Assembly: GCA_964493895.1 (NCBI GenBank)
Contig: CAZBPY010000003.1
Location: 102,146-166,145 of the forward strand
Direction: 5' to 3'
DNA: 64,000 nt
Source: an uncultured Candidatus Saccharibacteria bacterium
GTDB lineage: Bacteria; Patescibacteriota; Saccharimonadia; Saccharimonadales; JAGQNJ01
The notes beneath the pieces were generated by a model, which made no database searches, was not told the origin of the DNA, and saw nothing but the letters and a program-made list of their open reading frames with translations. A program made the position numbers and the translations under genes. Numbering within the stretch: the stretch's first letter is position 1; every line of letters begins with the position of its first letter. Shown here piece after piece: positions 17,570 through 27,622 of this stretch.

Positions 17570-17752
17570 TTAATTTTTCGGAGCTTTTCCTCCGGCCTTG
17601 CGAGCTTCAGATAACCCAATGGCTACGGCCTGTTTTTTACTGGTAACTTTTTTACCGCTTTTGCCGGATTTTAGTTCGCCCCGCTTCATCTCGTGTATGG
17701 CTTTCTCAACTTTTTCCTGCGCTTTCGGTCCAAACTTATTCACGCTCAGCAT
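17570..17752 (-). CDS. Small basic protein, DUF6496-like
   Basis: HEMKRGELKSGKSGKKVTSKKQAVAIGLSEARKAG pattern. Confidence 0.5.
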   Translation of the reverse strand: MLSVNKFGPKAQEKVEKAIHEMKRGELKSGKSGKKVTSKKQAVAIGLSEARKAGGKAPKN

Positions 17753-17821
17753 TATGCCAGTCCGGTCATCTCACCACAGTAAGAATGCTTACAGAGTCCT
17801 TATCCTCGGAGTTAGGTGCGC

Positions 17822-18082
17822 CTACGAACACTTCAGCTTGGCAAATAGAACGATACCAAAAGCACTCAAAGAAAAGATATTAGCTATAACAATGGTCGTA
17901 TCGGGCTTTAAGAGGCCATAAATAATCCAAAGAAAAATTCCCACGGTGACCGCTATTAAAGTAAGCAGCGACAGATCCTCCGTACTCTTTGTTTTAAAAC
18001 TCTTATAAATTTGCGGGACCTGCGAGACGATCAACAATGCCTCGGCCAAAAGCCCAACAAACGAAGGTGGAGTTAATTGCAT
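17822..18082 (-). CDS. SemiSWEET / PQ-loop sugar transporter
   Basis: 86 aa with 3 TM segments. SQVPQIYKSFKTKSTEDLSL is a PQ-loop motif. Confidence 0.75.
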   Translation of the reverse strand: MQLTPPSFVGLLAEALLIVSQVPQIYKSFKTKSTEDLSLLTLIAVTVGIFLWIIYGLLKPDTTIVIANIFSLSAFGIVLFAKLKCS

Positions 18083-18096
18083 AACTTAACTATGGC

Positions 18097-18118
18097 AAAA
18101 GACCGCTTTTTAGCGGTC
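18097..18118 (-). terminator. Terminator after tRNA-Pro
   Basis: gaccgc/gcggtc stem followed on the minus strand by TTTT. Confidence 0.55.
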
Positions 18119-18134
18119 CATTTGGTTTCGTTCG

Positions 18135-18211
18135 TGGTCGGGGTGATAGGACTCGAACCTACGACCTCGCGGTCCCAAACCGCGCGCGCTAGCCAACTGC
18201 GCCACACCCCG
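18135..18211 (-). tRNA. tRNA-Pro(TGG), CCA encoded
   Basis: Acceptor cggggtg, anticodon loop ttTGGga, T-loop ggttcgagtcc. Confidence 0.9.
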
Positions 18212-18267
18212 AAAGTGTGATAACAGAGAGATTATAGCTTACCAGAGGTCAAAATGCTAGCCAATTG

Positions 18268-18807
18268 CTACTCGATCGTGAATTCGTCCAGCTCGGCTGG
18301 CTGAAATCGTTTTATTTTATGGAAGTCACTGTGTGGCAGATTTTGACTAACCAACTTAATCATTCGTCCGGTGGCTCCGTGGGTAACCAGTAAAATCACG
18401 GTTTCCGGGCGAGCCTTTAGCCAGTCTAAGAATTCGACTACTCTTTGGTGCAGCGATTCGTTTGACTCGATCGATTCGTCTAGTTTGCCGGTCTTGAGGT
18501 CCCGAATGTACTCAATAGCTGGCCGATTAGAATATTTGCCAAAGGACCGTTCGATTATTAGCTTATTTTCAAGCAGACGATCATCATCCAGCCCCAACTC
18601 CTGGGCAATGATTGTGGCCGTTTCCCGAGTCCGTTTCATTGGCGATAATACTATCAACTCGATACCCTTGTCGCGCAGGAACTGGCCCGCTTTTCGAGCC
18701 TGATTACGTCCCTTGTCTGTCAGTTGAGTGTCAAGCTCACTGCCAGCCATTACGCCACTAACCAGGGCTCTGGTCTCAGCATGGCGAATAAAGTATACCT
18801 TCTTCAC
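18268..18807 (-). CDS. Histidine phosphatase family protein (phosphoglycerate mutase-like)
   Basis: N-terminal VYFIRHAETRA (RHG-type motif) and THGATGR. Confidence 0.75.
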   Translation of the reverse strand: MKKVYFIRHAETRALVSGVMAGSELDTQLTDKGRNQARKAGQFLRDKGIELIVLSPMKRTRETATIIAQELGLDDDRLLENKLIIERSFGKYSNRPAIEYIRDLKTGKLDESIESNESLHQRVVEFLDWLKARPETVILLVTHGATGRMIKLVSQNLPHSDFHKIKRFQPAELDEFTIE

Positions 18808-18882
18808 CTCTGTATTATACCTGAATCAAGCTAAGCCCAGCTAATCGTGCTATTATGCTCATAGTTAAAAAGGAACTTCCCT

Positions 18883-19395
18883 ATGCAAATTGTTAAAAAG
18901 TTAAACTCAGCCGGTGATGCGATGGTGACTGCAATAATTGTGTTGGTCCTAGCTGCCATTGTAGGTTTTACTGGTTGGTATGTCTGGCAGGCTCGACAGG
19001 GCAGTGACCAAACTTATGATGAAACTCGACTCCAGGAGTCCGATCAAACTTCAGACACTCAACAGGATCAGCCAGCAGTCCGCACCGGCACCTTTGCTAG
19101 TGTCAACAACAAGTCCGGATCAGGTGGAGTAACCGTTACCCAAAATCCGGATGGCTCAAGTACCGTTACTTTGGGTGAAAACTTTGTCGTGCAAAATGGT
19201 CCGGCTCTTTATGTGGCTTTCTCCGACAGCGGTATTGTTGACACCAACGCCTACATTGCCCCTTTGCAAAGTTTTTCAGGAGCTCAAACCTACACAGTGC
19301 CGGCCAACATTGATCCTGCCAAGTACAATCAGGTCATGATTTGGTGTCACGAATTTTCTGTAGCTTTTGCGGTAGCTGACCTAACTCAAAACTAG
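18883..19395 (+). CDS. DM13-domain protein with N-terminal TM anchor
   Basis: GTFASVNNKSGSGGVTV...LGENFVVQNGPALYVAFS pattern. Confidence 0.55.
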   Translation: MQIVKKLNSAGDAMVTAIIVLVLAAIVGFTGWYVWQARQGSDQTYDETRLQESDQTSDTQQDQPAVRTGTFASVNNKSGSGGVTVTQNPDGSSTVTLGENFVVQNGPALYVAFSDSGIVDTNAYIAPLQSFSGAQTYTVPANIDPAKYNQVMIWCHEFSVAFAVADLTQN

Positions 19396-19401
19396 TTAGA
19401 G

Positions 19402-20916
19402 CTACTTGGCAAATTCAACGGCTCGGGTTTCGCGGATGACGTTTACCTTGATGGTCCCGGGATACTGCATGGTTGACTCAACTTTATTAGCAATATCGCG
19501 GGCCAGTTTGATGGCCGTCAGGTCGTCAACTTCCTTGGGCTTGACGAAGACTCGAACTTCGCGGCCGGCACTGATGGCATAGGCCTTTTCAATACCCTTA
19601 AAGCCGGTGGCGATATTCTCCAATTCCTTCATTCTTTCAATGAAGTTTTCGGCGCTAATGTTGCGGGCGCCTGGTCGAGAAGCGGAAATGGCATCAACCA
19701 CCCGAACTATCAACGCCTCAACTGTTGTAGCTTCTACATCGTCGTGGTGGGCTTCGGCGGCATGAGCAACCGGTTCCGGCACGCCGTATTTACGCGCCAT
19801 CTCACCACTGATGTGGTGGTGCTTGCCCTCGATCTTGTGCGTTAGGGCTTTGCCCATGTCATGAATTAAAGCCGCGTACTTAGCAGTCTTAACATCGGCT
19901 CCCAGCTCTTCGGCAATAGTACCGGCAATGTGAGCCATCTCAGTACTGTGTTTTAAAACATTCTGGCCATAAGAAGTTCGATATTTCAGTTCGCCTAACA
20001 GCTGTAGGACTTCTTTTGGAATGCCAACGATGCCGACTTCTCGGGCAGCATCTTCCCCAGCTCGGACAACCTCTTTTTGAACATTTTTCTGAGCCTTATC
20101 CACAACCTCCTCAATGCGTCCCGGGTGGACTCGGCCGTCTTTAAGCAGCATTTCAACTGCTTGACGAGCCACTTCACGGCGAACCGGATCAAATGACGAC
20201 AGCACAATGTAGCCCGGGGTGTCATCAACCAAAATATCTACACCAGTAGCGCGTTGCAGAGCTTGAATATTGCGGCCTTCTTTTCCAATGATACGGCCCT
20301 TCATTTCCTCGTCTTCCATTTTGACAGAAGTGACAGTACGCTCGGCCGTAACTTCAGAGGCCATGCGTTCCATAGCCTGAGTAATAATCAGCGCGGCCTT
20401 TTCTTCGGCATTTTCCTTAGCCTCATTTTGTTTTTTAGCAACCAGATTCATCAGATCATTCTTAAGATCACGCTCGGTCATCTGCATCAGCTTGTCGGCA
20501 GCATCCTGCTTGGTCAGCTTGGCGACTTTCTCTAATTTGTCCTGTTGTTTCTTGCGGATGTCGCGGATCTCGTTTTTTAACTCCTCCAGCTCATCCTCTG
20601 ACTTGCGCAACTTCTCACTGCGCTTATCGAGTTCGTCCAACTTTTTGTCCAAAGTTTCCTGCCGATCAATCAAACGCTTTTCGATATCTTTAGCTTCGCG
20701 CCGGCGAGCTTGATCATCTTTGCGGGCTTGGTCAACCAATTCATTAGCTTCATCTTTAGCCTTGCTAACAATTTTTTTGGCTTCTTTTTGAGCTTCTTCA
20801 ATCTGTTTTTTAGCCTTCTCCTCGGAAGCTCCTTGTTTTTGTTTGCTAATTACAGTACTAGCCCCAAAACCAGCCGCTACACCAACGACCGCCAGGACGA
20901 TAGTTATCGGGTCCAT
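19402..20916 (-). CDS. rny: Ribonuclease Y
   Basis: TM anchor, coiled-coil region, KH domain (GRIIGKEGRNI) and HD domain (LIHDMGK). SD gaaaggga lies before ATG 20916. Confidence 0.9.
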   Translation of the reverse strand: MDPITIVLAVVGVAAGFGASTVISKQKQGASEEKAKKQIEEAQKEAKKIVSKAKDEANELVDQARKDDQARRREAKDIEKRLIDRQETLDKKLDELDKRSEKLRKSEDELEELKNEIRDIRKKQQDKLEKVAKLTKQDAADKLMQMTERDLKNDLMNLVAKKQNEAKENAEEKAALIITQAMERMASEVTAERTVTSVKMEDEEMKGRIIGKEGRNIQALQRATGVDILVDDTPGYIVLSSFDPVRREVARQAVEMLLKDGRVHPGRIEEVVDKAQKNVQKEVVRAGEDAAREVGIVGIPKEVLQLLGELKYRTSYGQNVLKHSTEMAHIAGTIAEELGADVKTAKYAALIHDMGKALTHKIEGKHHHISGEMARKYGVPEPVAHAAEAHHDDVEATTVEALIVRVVDAISASRPGARNISAENFIERMKELENIATGFKGIEKAYAISAGREVRVFVKPKEVDDLTAIKLARDIANKVESTMQYPGTIKVNVIRETRAVEFAK

Positions 20917-21093
20917 AGTCTCCCTTTCTGTGGTTCCAGCTTGTGCCAAAGGCGATCACTATCACTTCATTAGCCCTGGATCTTGCTAGAAAACTACGAT
21001 GTTATCATTTTTCGTTTGTCGGATAGCTGCAACAATCAGTCGAGTTAATCCTGCTTTTATAATAAGCAATCCCGGCCCAAAGCTCAATTATTT

Positions 21094-21486
21094 CTACTTT
21101 TTTCGAGCCGTGATATGCGGTCCGCGCCCGTACAAAGGAATTACCAAAGAATCAGTTTCGGCGGTTTTCAACCTAGACAGACCGTCCTGAACCCAATTTT
21201 GACCGCTGGAGCCAACGACTGGAATCTTCAATGTCACGCCAATGGTGTTAGCCACCGTTGCACCGATTCTCAGGCCAGTAAAGCTGCCTGGCCCGCTAAA
21301 ACAAACTACTCCGTCAATCGATTGCCAAACTTTATCATTACGAGCCAACAAATCACGAATTTTAGAATGTATCGTCATCGATAGCTGCATGTGAGCCTTC
21401 CAGGTTTCATAATCTAGCTGTCGGCCATTTTCAAACAGGCCGATTTCAGCATCTGGTTTATCTGTTCGAATTACTAAAACCGTCAT
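21094..21486 (-). CDS. tsaB: tRNA t6A biosynthesis protein TsaB (short form)
   Basis: FSGPGSFTGLRIGATVANT motif. Overlaps the tsaE stop. Confidence 0.7.
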   Translation of the reverse strand: MTVLVIRTDKPDAEIGLFENGRQLDYETWKAHMQLSMTIHSKIRDLLARNDKVWQSIDGVVCFSGPGSFTGLRIGATVANTIGVTLKIPVVGSSGQNWVQDGLSRLKTAETDSLVIPLYGRGPHITARKK

Positions 21487-21935
21487 AGCTCGTCCACCAG
21501 GTATTTAAGGTTCTTTGGGTACTTGAAAGTGAGTTTTCGCCCGTCCTGATCGTTGCTTTCCAGCTTAATAGTTAGTCGTTTTTTTGGCAAAACATGAGTC
21601 ACCACATCAGACCACTCCACAATCACCACAGCACCGGGGTCGTCCAGGACTTCGGCTAATTCATGCTCGATCAGTCCAGCTTCGTGCAACCGATAAAAAT
21701 CAAAATGATGCAGCCGCAGTTTACTGGCTTGGTATTGATTTGAAATAGTGAAAGTCGGACTTGATACTAGGTCCTGACTGCCCGCTCCGGCAGCCACACC
21801 CCTGGTAAAGGTTGTTTTACCGCCGCCTAGATCGCTAATCAATTCAATGACCTCTCCGCCGCCTAAAGCTTTGCCCAGCTTTTTACCCAGCTTTTCGGTT
21901 TCCTCGGCACTCACCGTCTGCACTACTAACTCCAT
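21483..21935 (-). CDS. tsaE: tRNA t6A biosynthesis ATPase TsaE
   Basis: LGGGKTTFTRG P-loop and HFDFYRL motif. Confidence 0.8.
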   Translation of the reverse strand: MELVVQTVSAEETEKLGKKLGKALGGGEVIELISDLGGGKTTFTRGVAAGAGSQDLVSSPTFTISNQYQASKLRLHHFDFYRLHEAGLIEHELAEVLDDPGAVVIVEWSDVVTHVLPKKRLTIKLESNDQDGRKLTFKYPKNLKYLVDEL

Positions 21936-21988
21936 ATATAGTTATTTTACAGCAATAGCTTGGCTAGCACGGTATACTAGTACTTACT

Positions 21989-22528
21989 ATGTTGTTAATG
22001 GGCCAGCAGCTCCTTAGTCGTCCGGTTGTCAGTCTGCGCACTGGCGGTCGCCTGGGCACCATCGAAGATGTCATAATTAATCCTAACAATTTAAAGATTG
22101 AGGGCTGGTTTGTCGAAGACACCATTAATAAGCGCCGCAGCATCCTCCTGTCCCAAGATGTCCGCGACATTATAAATCAAGGTTTCGTGGTCAATGATTT
22201 TGACGACCTCAGTGATCCTTCGGAATTAGTTCGTCTACAAAAGACTCTGGAATTAAAGTTTAAGTTAATCGGCAAATCTGTTGTGACCGAAGGCAAACAG
22301 CGTCTTGGCAAGGTGGGTGATTACGCTTTCGAGAAAAATGCTTTTTTTATCCAAAAGCTCTACATCGAACAATCGATTATAAAAAGCTTTAGCGGCGGCG
22401 GAGCCATTGTCGACCGCGACCAAATCATCACCATTAACAACCGTCAGATTGTGGTCGCTGATGCCACCATACCAGCTAAAGTTGAAAAGCGGGTCACCCA
22501 GCCAGCTATGAATCCGGTTCAGCCATAG
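21989..22528 (+). CDS. PRC-barrel domain protein
   Basis: LLSRPVVSLRTGGRLGTIEDVIINPNNLKIEGWFV pattern, and a second similar half. Confidence 0.55.
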   Translation: MLLMGQQLLSRPVVSLRTGGRLGTIEDVIINPNNLKIEGWFVEDTINKRRSILLSQDVRDIINQGFVVNDFDDLSDPSELVRLQKTLELKFKLIGKSVVTEGKQRLGKVGDYAFEKNAFFIQKLYIEQSIIKSFSGGGAIVDRDQIITINNRQIVVADATIPAKVEKRVTQPAMNPVQP

Positions 22529-23111
22529 CCGCCTTGACATCATCATAGCGATAGCCTTGCCGCATCAAATAGGCCAGTAATTTTTCGTCATCCTGATACC
22601 GGCTTTGGGTTCGTTTTTTAGCAATCAACTCTTTCAGCACCTCCACTTCATCGGTCTCGTCTTCATCTAGCACTTGCGAAATAATTTCATCAGCAATGCG
22701 CTTTTGTTTTAGTTCCTGCCAAAGCCGCCGCCGACTAGTCGACTTTAGCAGCCGCCTATTTTCAACCCACGACTTGGCAAAGGCGTAGTCATCGACATAG
22801 CCTCCAGCTGCCAATTTAGCTAAGATAATCTCTGCAGTCTCTTGGTCATAATCTTTTCTCTTCAGATAATCTCGAAGCTCCCACTCGCTGCGGGCTCGCC
22901 TAGCCAACAAATCCAGAGCCCGCATATAGGCTTTATCCAGTATTGCTGTCTTCTTTAATTCTTCCAGTTCGTCTTGACTGTATTCACGATCAATTTTGAT
23001 GCCGCTTTTTATCAGCTCACCTTCCGACAGCGAGAAGACATATTTCCCGTCAACAAAAACTGAATACCGCTGTGCGCGCTTGACCTGCTGCTTTATGTCA
23101 GTGATTCTCAT
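22506..23111 (-). CDS. recX: Recombination regulator RecX
   Basis: Lies downstream of recA. Repeated helical motif (A..LLARR..SE.EL...L). Confidence 0.75.
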   Translation of the reverse strand: MRITDIKQQVKRAQRYSVFVDGKYVFSLSEGELIKSGIKIDREYSQDELEELKKTAILDKAYMRALDLLARRARSEWELRDYLKRKDYDQETAEIILAKLAAGGYVDDYAFAKSWVENRRLLKSTSRRRLWQELKQKRIADEIISQVLDEDETDEVEVLKELIAKKRTQSRYQDDEKLLAYLMRQGYRYDDVKAAMAEPDS

Positions 23112-23151
23112 TGCTCACCTGGCCATAGTTATGTGTGCTATCTGTTTATCC

Positions 23152-24192
23152 CTATTCTGCGGCAGCGGTGGCGGTAACTTTTTTGGCTACTTCTTCTAGA
23201 ACTTTGGGATTTTCCTCGAGATAGCGTTTGGCGGCTTCGCGGCCCTGGGCAATCTTGGCGTCGTTGTAAGCAAACCAGGCTCCAGATTTTTCGACAATTC
23301 CATGCTCGACAGCGAGGTCAAGTACATCGCCGGAGCGACTAATGCCCTGGTTATACATAATGTCGAACTCAGCCACCCTAAACGGCGGTGCAATCTTGTT
23401 TTTGACTACCTTGACACGTGTACGATTTCCAATGATGCTCTCGCCCTCTTTAATTTGACTGATTCGGCGAATATCCATGCGCACCGAAGCATAGAACTTC
23501 AGAGCATTACCGCCAGTAGTAGTTTCCGGGTTTCCAAACATCACCCCAATCTTCATGCGGATTTGGTTAATAAAAATGACTGTGGCTTTGGAGCGGTTAA
23601 TAACACCTGTAAGTTTACGCAAAGCTTGGCTCATCAGTCGAGCCTGCAGTCCCATGTGGCTATCACCCATGTCGCCTTCGATTTCAGCCCGCGGCACCAA
23701 AGCTGCCACCGAATCAACCACGATAAGATCAACGGCATTGGACCGCACCAATGTTTCGGTGATTTCTAGGGCTTGCTCGCCGTTATCCGGTTGAGAAACC
23801 AGTAAATTCTCGACTTTGACGCCAACCTTTTTGGCATAAGCCGGATCCAAAGCATGTTCGGCATCGACAAAAGCTGCCGTACCGCCTTCTTTTTGAATCT
23901 CAGCAATCGCGTGCAAGGCCAGAGTGGTTTTACCGGACGATTCCGGACCGTAAATCTCAATAATCCTGCCTTTGGGCAAACCGCCGCCCAACGCCAAATC
24001 TAGAGAAATGCTGCCTGTCGGAATGCACTCCACTTGAGTATGTGAAGCCTCCCCCAATTTCATAATTGAACCCTTGCCAAATTGTTTTTCAATCTGGTCC
24101 AGGGCCAATCCTAAGGCCTTGGAACGTCCTGTTCCCTCTGATTTGTCTTCTGTTTTTTCCACCACTTTCTTGTCCTTGGTATCTTTGGCCAT
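23152..24192 (-). CDS. recA: Recombinase RecA
   Basis: [19 protein letters not shown] and VVDSVAAL motifs. Confidence 0.97.
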   Translation of the reverse strand: MAKDTKDKKVVEKTEDKSEGTGRSKALGLALDQIEKQFGKGSIMKLGEASHTQVECIPTGSISLDLALGGGLPKGRIIEIYGPESSGKTTLALHAIAEIQKEGGTAAFVDAEHALDPAYAKKVGVKVENLLVSQPDNGEQALEITETLVRSNAVDLIVVDSVAALVPRAEIEGDMGDSHMGLQARLMSQALRKLTGVINRSKATVIFINQIRMKIGVMFGNPETTTGGNALKFYASVRMDIRRISQIKEGESIIGNRTRVKVVKNKIAPPFRVAEFDIMYNQGISRSGDVLDLAVEHGIVEKSGAWFAYNDAKIAQGREAAKRYLEENPKVLEEVAKKVTATAAAE

Positions 24193-24282
24193 AGGCTTGT
24201 CATCCCCTCCATTCGGTATTTAAAGTGTACTCTCAGTATAACAAACCGACTATTAAATTTTCCTTAACTAAACTCATTTTGT

Positions 24283-24401
24283 GAGCCCAGTCCCGGGGAA
24301 ATTTGGGAGCCTGTGACCCCGTCAGGGGTCAGCCGACCGCCACAGGCGGGCTGTAGGCCCCCTGTAAAGGGTGCTCCCCAAATTGTCCCGGGACTGGGCT
24401 C
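24283..24401. repeat. 119-bp GC-rich nested palindrome between the divergent recA and pilB
   Basis: Perfect 15-bp arms gagcccagtcccggg / cccgggactgggctc, extended by aatttggg(g)agc. Internal hairpins include gacccc-gtca-ggggtc. Confidence 0.7.
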
Positions 24402-24430
24402 TCATACTAGTTATGTTTAAAAAGACTCTA

Positions 24431-24436
24431 TATAAT
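24431..24436 (+). promoter_or_regulatory. -10 box TATAAT, 10 nt before the pilB ATG
   Basis: ctaTATAATagtgagtaatATG. No SD. Confidence 0.45.
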
Positions 24437-24446
24437 AGTGAGTAAT

Positions 24447-26264
24447 ATGCGAATACCCGATGCGGTGGTTGAAAAGCTATTACTTGAAAATCAAAAAGCC
24501 ACCTCTGACCAGATTACTAAATTGCGAACTACAGCAGCTGCCGAAAAGACCAGCCTCCAGGCCGCGGCCGTCAAAAGTAACTTGATTAGCGAGAAAGAGC
24601 TGACAAAGACCTACGCCAAGCAGACTGATGTACCTTTCGTCGATCTGAATCCTAAAGAGGTCAAACGCGAACTTCTGCACCTCATTCCTGAACGTGTCGC
24701 TAAACAATACGGTGCCGTTGTCTTTGCTGTCGATGATCAGGGCAATAAATTGTTGGCAATGGAGGATCCTGACGACATCGAAGCTGTTAACTTCTTAAGA
24801 AAACAGCTGGGTGCTAACCTTAAAGTTTACGCAGCGACTGCTTCAGCCGTTCGGGCAGCTATTGATCAATACCGTGAAAACATCGATAACGAATTAACCA
24901 AAGTTATCACTGCCAATGAAGAGGAGGCTGATTCCAGTGACGCCGAAGTTTCTGAAGAGGAAGTTTCTGAGGACTCGCCAATAGCTCAAACTGTGAATAT
25001 GTTGATTGAATATGCTGTAGCTGCCGGAGCCAGCGATATCCATATTGAGCCGCGGGAAAACAATGTATCAGTACGTTATCGGATTGATGGTGTCCTGCGC
25101 GAGACTAATAAGCTGCCGAAAAATGTTCTGGCCGCCCTAGTGTCGCGCATCAAAATCTTGGCCAATTTAAAAATTGATGAGCACCGCGCACCTCAAGATG
25201 GTCGATTCAAGATCACCGCCGGTGGACAGGTTTACGCTTTGCGAGTATCGACTTTGCCGATTATGGATGGCGAGAAGGTTGTGATGCGCATCCTCAATGA
25301 ATCAAGCAAAGCCTTGACTTTAGAGGAGTTGGGTTACTGGGGCCAGGCTCTGCAAACTGTCCAAAAAGCTATGACTCAACCCTACGGCATGATCCTGGTC
25401 ACCGGCCCAACTGGATCGGGAAAGTCGACCAGCTTGTTTAGTATCCTCAACAAGCTTAGCCAACCCTCTGTTAACATTTCGACTGTCGAGGATCCGGTTG
25501 AATACCGAGTATCAGGAGCTAATCAAACCCAGGTAAATCCAACTGCCGGCATGACTTTTGTAAATGGCCTTAGGGCGTTATTGCGTCAAGATCCGAATAT
25601 CATCATGGTTGGAGAGATCCGTGATAGTGAAACCGCTAATCTGGCAATTCAAGCTGCTTTGACTGGCCACTTAGTTTTCTCAACGCTTCACACCAACAAT
25701 GCTGCTACAACTTTGCCACGACTTTTGGATATGGAGGTTGAGCCCTTCCTAATTGCCAGCACAGTCCGTGCCGTTATAGGCCAGCGTCTAGTTCGTCGTC
25801 TATGCACAGATTGTCGGGAAAATATCACGCCTGATGAGGTCGCTCTCAAACAATTGGCAACCATCTTCCGTACTGATGATGCCGCTACAATGGCTCGCAT
25901 TCACGACCTTGAAGCCGCCGCTCTTAAAGCTGGAATCGGCGCACCGAACGATACTGACCATAAGGTCAAAGCAGATACAGCACAGTTATCAACCACTGAA
26001 AATGCAGTAGTCCGTTTGTGGAAAGCACATGATGGCGGCTGCGATAGCTGTAATCATACTGGCTACAAGGGCCGTATGGGTATTTATGAGGTCCTAGAGA
26101 CTACCGACGATATACAGAAATTAGTTGTTGGCAATGCTACCAGTGAAACTATTCAGTCTCAAGCGATTAAAGACGGGATGTTAACTATGCAATTAGACGG
26201 CTTTATCAAGTCTCTCCGCGGCCAAACGTCGGTTGAAGAAATCCTAAGAGTAACTAGCGAGTAA
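24447..26264 (+). CDS. pilB: Type IV pilus assembly ATPase PilB (GspE family)
   Basis: Walker A GPTGSGKST, GEIRD, and a tetracysteine motif CTDC...CDSC. Start taken at ATG 24447, because the track's GTG 24438 sits 2 nt from the -10 box. Confidence 0.9.
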   Translation: MRIPDAVVEKLLLENQKATSDQITKLRTTAAAEKTSLQAAAVKSNLISEKELTKTYAKQTDVPFVDLNPKEVKRELLHLIPERVAKQYGAVVFAVDDQGNKLLAMEDPDDIEAVNFLRKQLGANLKVYAATASAVRAAIDQYRENIDNELTKVITANEEEADSSDAEVSEEEVSEDSPIAQTVNMLIEYAVAAGASDIHIEPRENNVSVRYRIDGVLRETNKLPKNVLAALVSRIKILANLKIDEHRAPQDGRFKITAGGQVYALRVSTLPIMDGEKVVMRILNESSKALTLEELGYWGQALQTVQKAMTQPYGMILVTGPTGSGKSTSLFSILNKLSQPSVNISTVEDPVEYRVSGANQTQVNPTAGMTFVNGLRALLRQDPNIIMVGEIRDSETANLAIQAALTGHLVFSTLHTNNAATTLPRLLDMEVEPFLIASTVRAVIGQRLVRRLCTDCRENITPDEVALKQLATIFRTDDAATMARIHDLEAAALKAGIGAPNDTDHKVKADTAQLSTTENAVVRLWKAHDGGCDSCNHTGYKGRMGIYEVLETTDDIQKLVVGNATSETIQSQAIKDGMLTMQLDGFIKSLRGQTSVEEILRVTSE

Positions 26265-26270
26265 TCTGCT

Positions 26271-27491
26271 ATGCCCCGTTTTGACTATACGGCTACCAAA
26301 GATGGCAAAACTATCCGCGGCACGTCCGAAGCCGCAGACAAGGATGCTGCGGTAGCTAGCCTTCGCAAACAAAATCTGGTGCCGTTAGTAGTAAAGCCAG
26401 CCAAACAAGCTGGACTCTTTAAAAACCTGAAACTTGGCAAAGGCGTGAAGGTTAAAGATCTGGCTGTGTTTACTCGTCAGTTGTCGACGATGATTTCAGC
26501 TGGAGTTCCCCTTAACCGGGCTCTGCACACTTTGGAAGATCAAACTAAAAGCCCCTATTTCAAACAGGTCGTCGGATCAGTCGCTAAAGATGTCGAAGGT
26601 GGTACACCGCTGGCTGATGCTTTCGGGAAACACCCTAATGTTTTTTCTGATGTCTTTGTCAATATGATCCGTGCCGGCGAAGCTGGCGGAATTTTAGATG
26701 AGATTCTAAAACGGCTGTCACTACAAATCGAACGAGACGCCAGCATGCGCAAAAAAATCCGTGGCGCTATGGCTTATCCAGTTGTTATTCTGACAGTTAC
26801 TATTGTAGCTTTCTTTGGCATTATGATTTTTATCATTCCCAAGTTAGGCAATATCATCAAAGATCTAGGTGGTGAGGATGCCAGTTTACCAGTCTATACT
26901 CAGGTTATGCTCAACATCAGCAATTTTTTGCAACAATACGCCATCATCATAATTATTGCTGTTATCGTGGGTGTGGTATTGTTGCGGCGCTACATCAAGA
27001 CACCTCGCGGACGCTATCAATTCGATAGTCTAATGTTGAGGATTCCAATCATCAAAACTGTAGTAATTAAAGTTGCCATTGCTCGTTTTGCTAGAACTTT
27101 TGCTTCGCTGATGTCATCAGGGGTTAGTGTGCTGGATGCTTTGCAAGTGACCGGTGGAGCAATTGGCAATAAGGTGATTGAGAAAGAACTACAAGAGGCA
27201 GCAAAAGAAGTGAAAAATGGTAAGCCTCTATCTGAACCACTGGCTAAGAGCAAACATTTCCCTTCAATCGTTTCGCAAATGCTAACAACTGGTGAAGAAA
27301 GCGGTCAGATTGACACAATTTTAGTCAAAGTTGCTGACTTTTACGAAGAGGAGGTCGAGACAACCATCGACAGCTTGGCCAGTATTATTGAGCCTCTTAT
27401 GATAATAGTCCTGGGATCGGTTGTTGGAGTTATTGCCGCCAGTGTTATGGGTCCAATCGCTAATCTGTCAAAAAATGTCGGCGGTCAGTAG
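26271..27491 (+). CDS. pilC: Type IV pilus platform protein PilC (GspF family)
   Basis: Two GspF repeats and a polytopic profile. Confidence 0.9.
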   Translation: MPRFDYTATKDGKTIRGTSEAADKDAAVASLRKQNLVPLVVKPAKQAGLFKNLKLGKGVKVKDLAVFTRQLSTMISAGVPLNRALHTLEDQTKSPYFKQVVGSVAKDVEGGTPLADAFGKHPNVFSDVFVNMIRAGEAGGILDEILKRLSLQIERDASMRKKIRGAMAYPVVILTVTIVAFFGIMIFIIPKLGNIIKDLGGEDASLPVYTQVMLNISNFLQQYAIIIIIAVIVGVVLLRRYIKTPRGRYQFDSLMLRIPIIKTVVIKVAIARFARTFASLMSSGVSVLDALQVTGGAIGNKVIEKELQEAAKEVKNGKPLSEPLAKSKHFPSIVSQMLTTGEESGQIDTILVKVADFYEEEVETTIDSLASIIEPLMIIVLGSVVGVIAASVMGPIANLSKNVGGQ

Positions 27492-27622
27492 TCGCTAAAA
27501 GCTTGACCCCTTGACGCTTATGGTTATAATAGTAGTCAGCTAGGTTAACTCTAAAAAATAATGAGTTCCTGATGCAAGAACACAATAAAAATAGTAATTT
27601 AATAGAAGGAGGGTGGGTCCTC

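Noticed and set aside
20254-20973. Plus-strand ORFs (20254-20535, 20492-20713, 20710-20973). Similar shadow ORFs lie opposite clp, dnaK, ftsH, recA, lepA, murJ and glyA.
   Set aside because: They lie antisense to strongly supported genes. They have low-complexity Ser/Leu/Phe-rich translations typical of the reverse frame of Lys/Glu-rich genes, and no independent signals.
24193-24282. LexA/SOS box upstream of recA
   Set aside because: Only a short palindrome (tactgagagta) overlaps a possible TATACT -10 box. There is no convincing CTGT-N8-ACAG or GAAC-N4-GTTC site.
24283-24401. c-di-GMP or other riboswitch upstream of pilB
   Set aside because: The element lies upstream of the only plausible pilB -10 box (24431-24436). 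I could not see GEMM-type conserved nucleotides. The near-perfect long palindrome looks more like a DNA element than a riboswitch.
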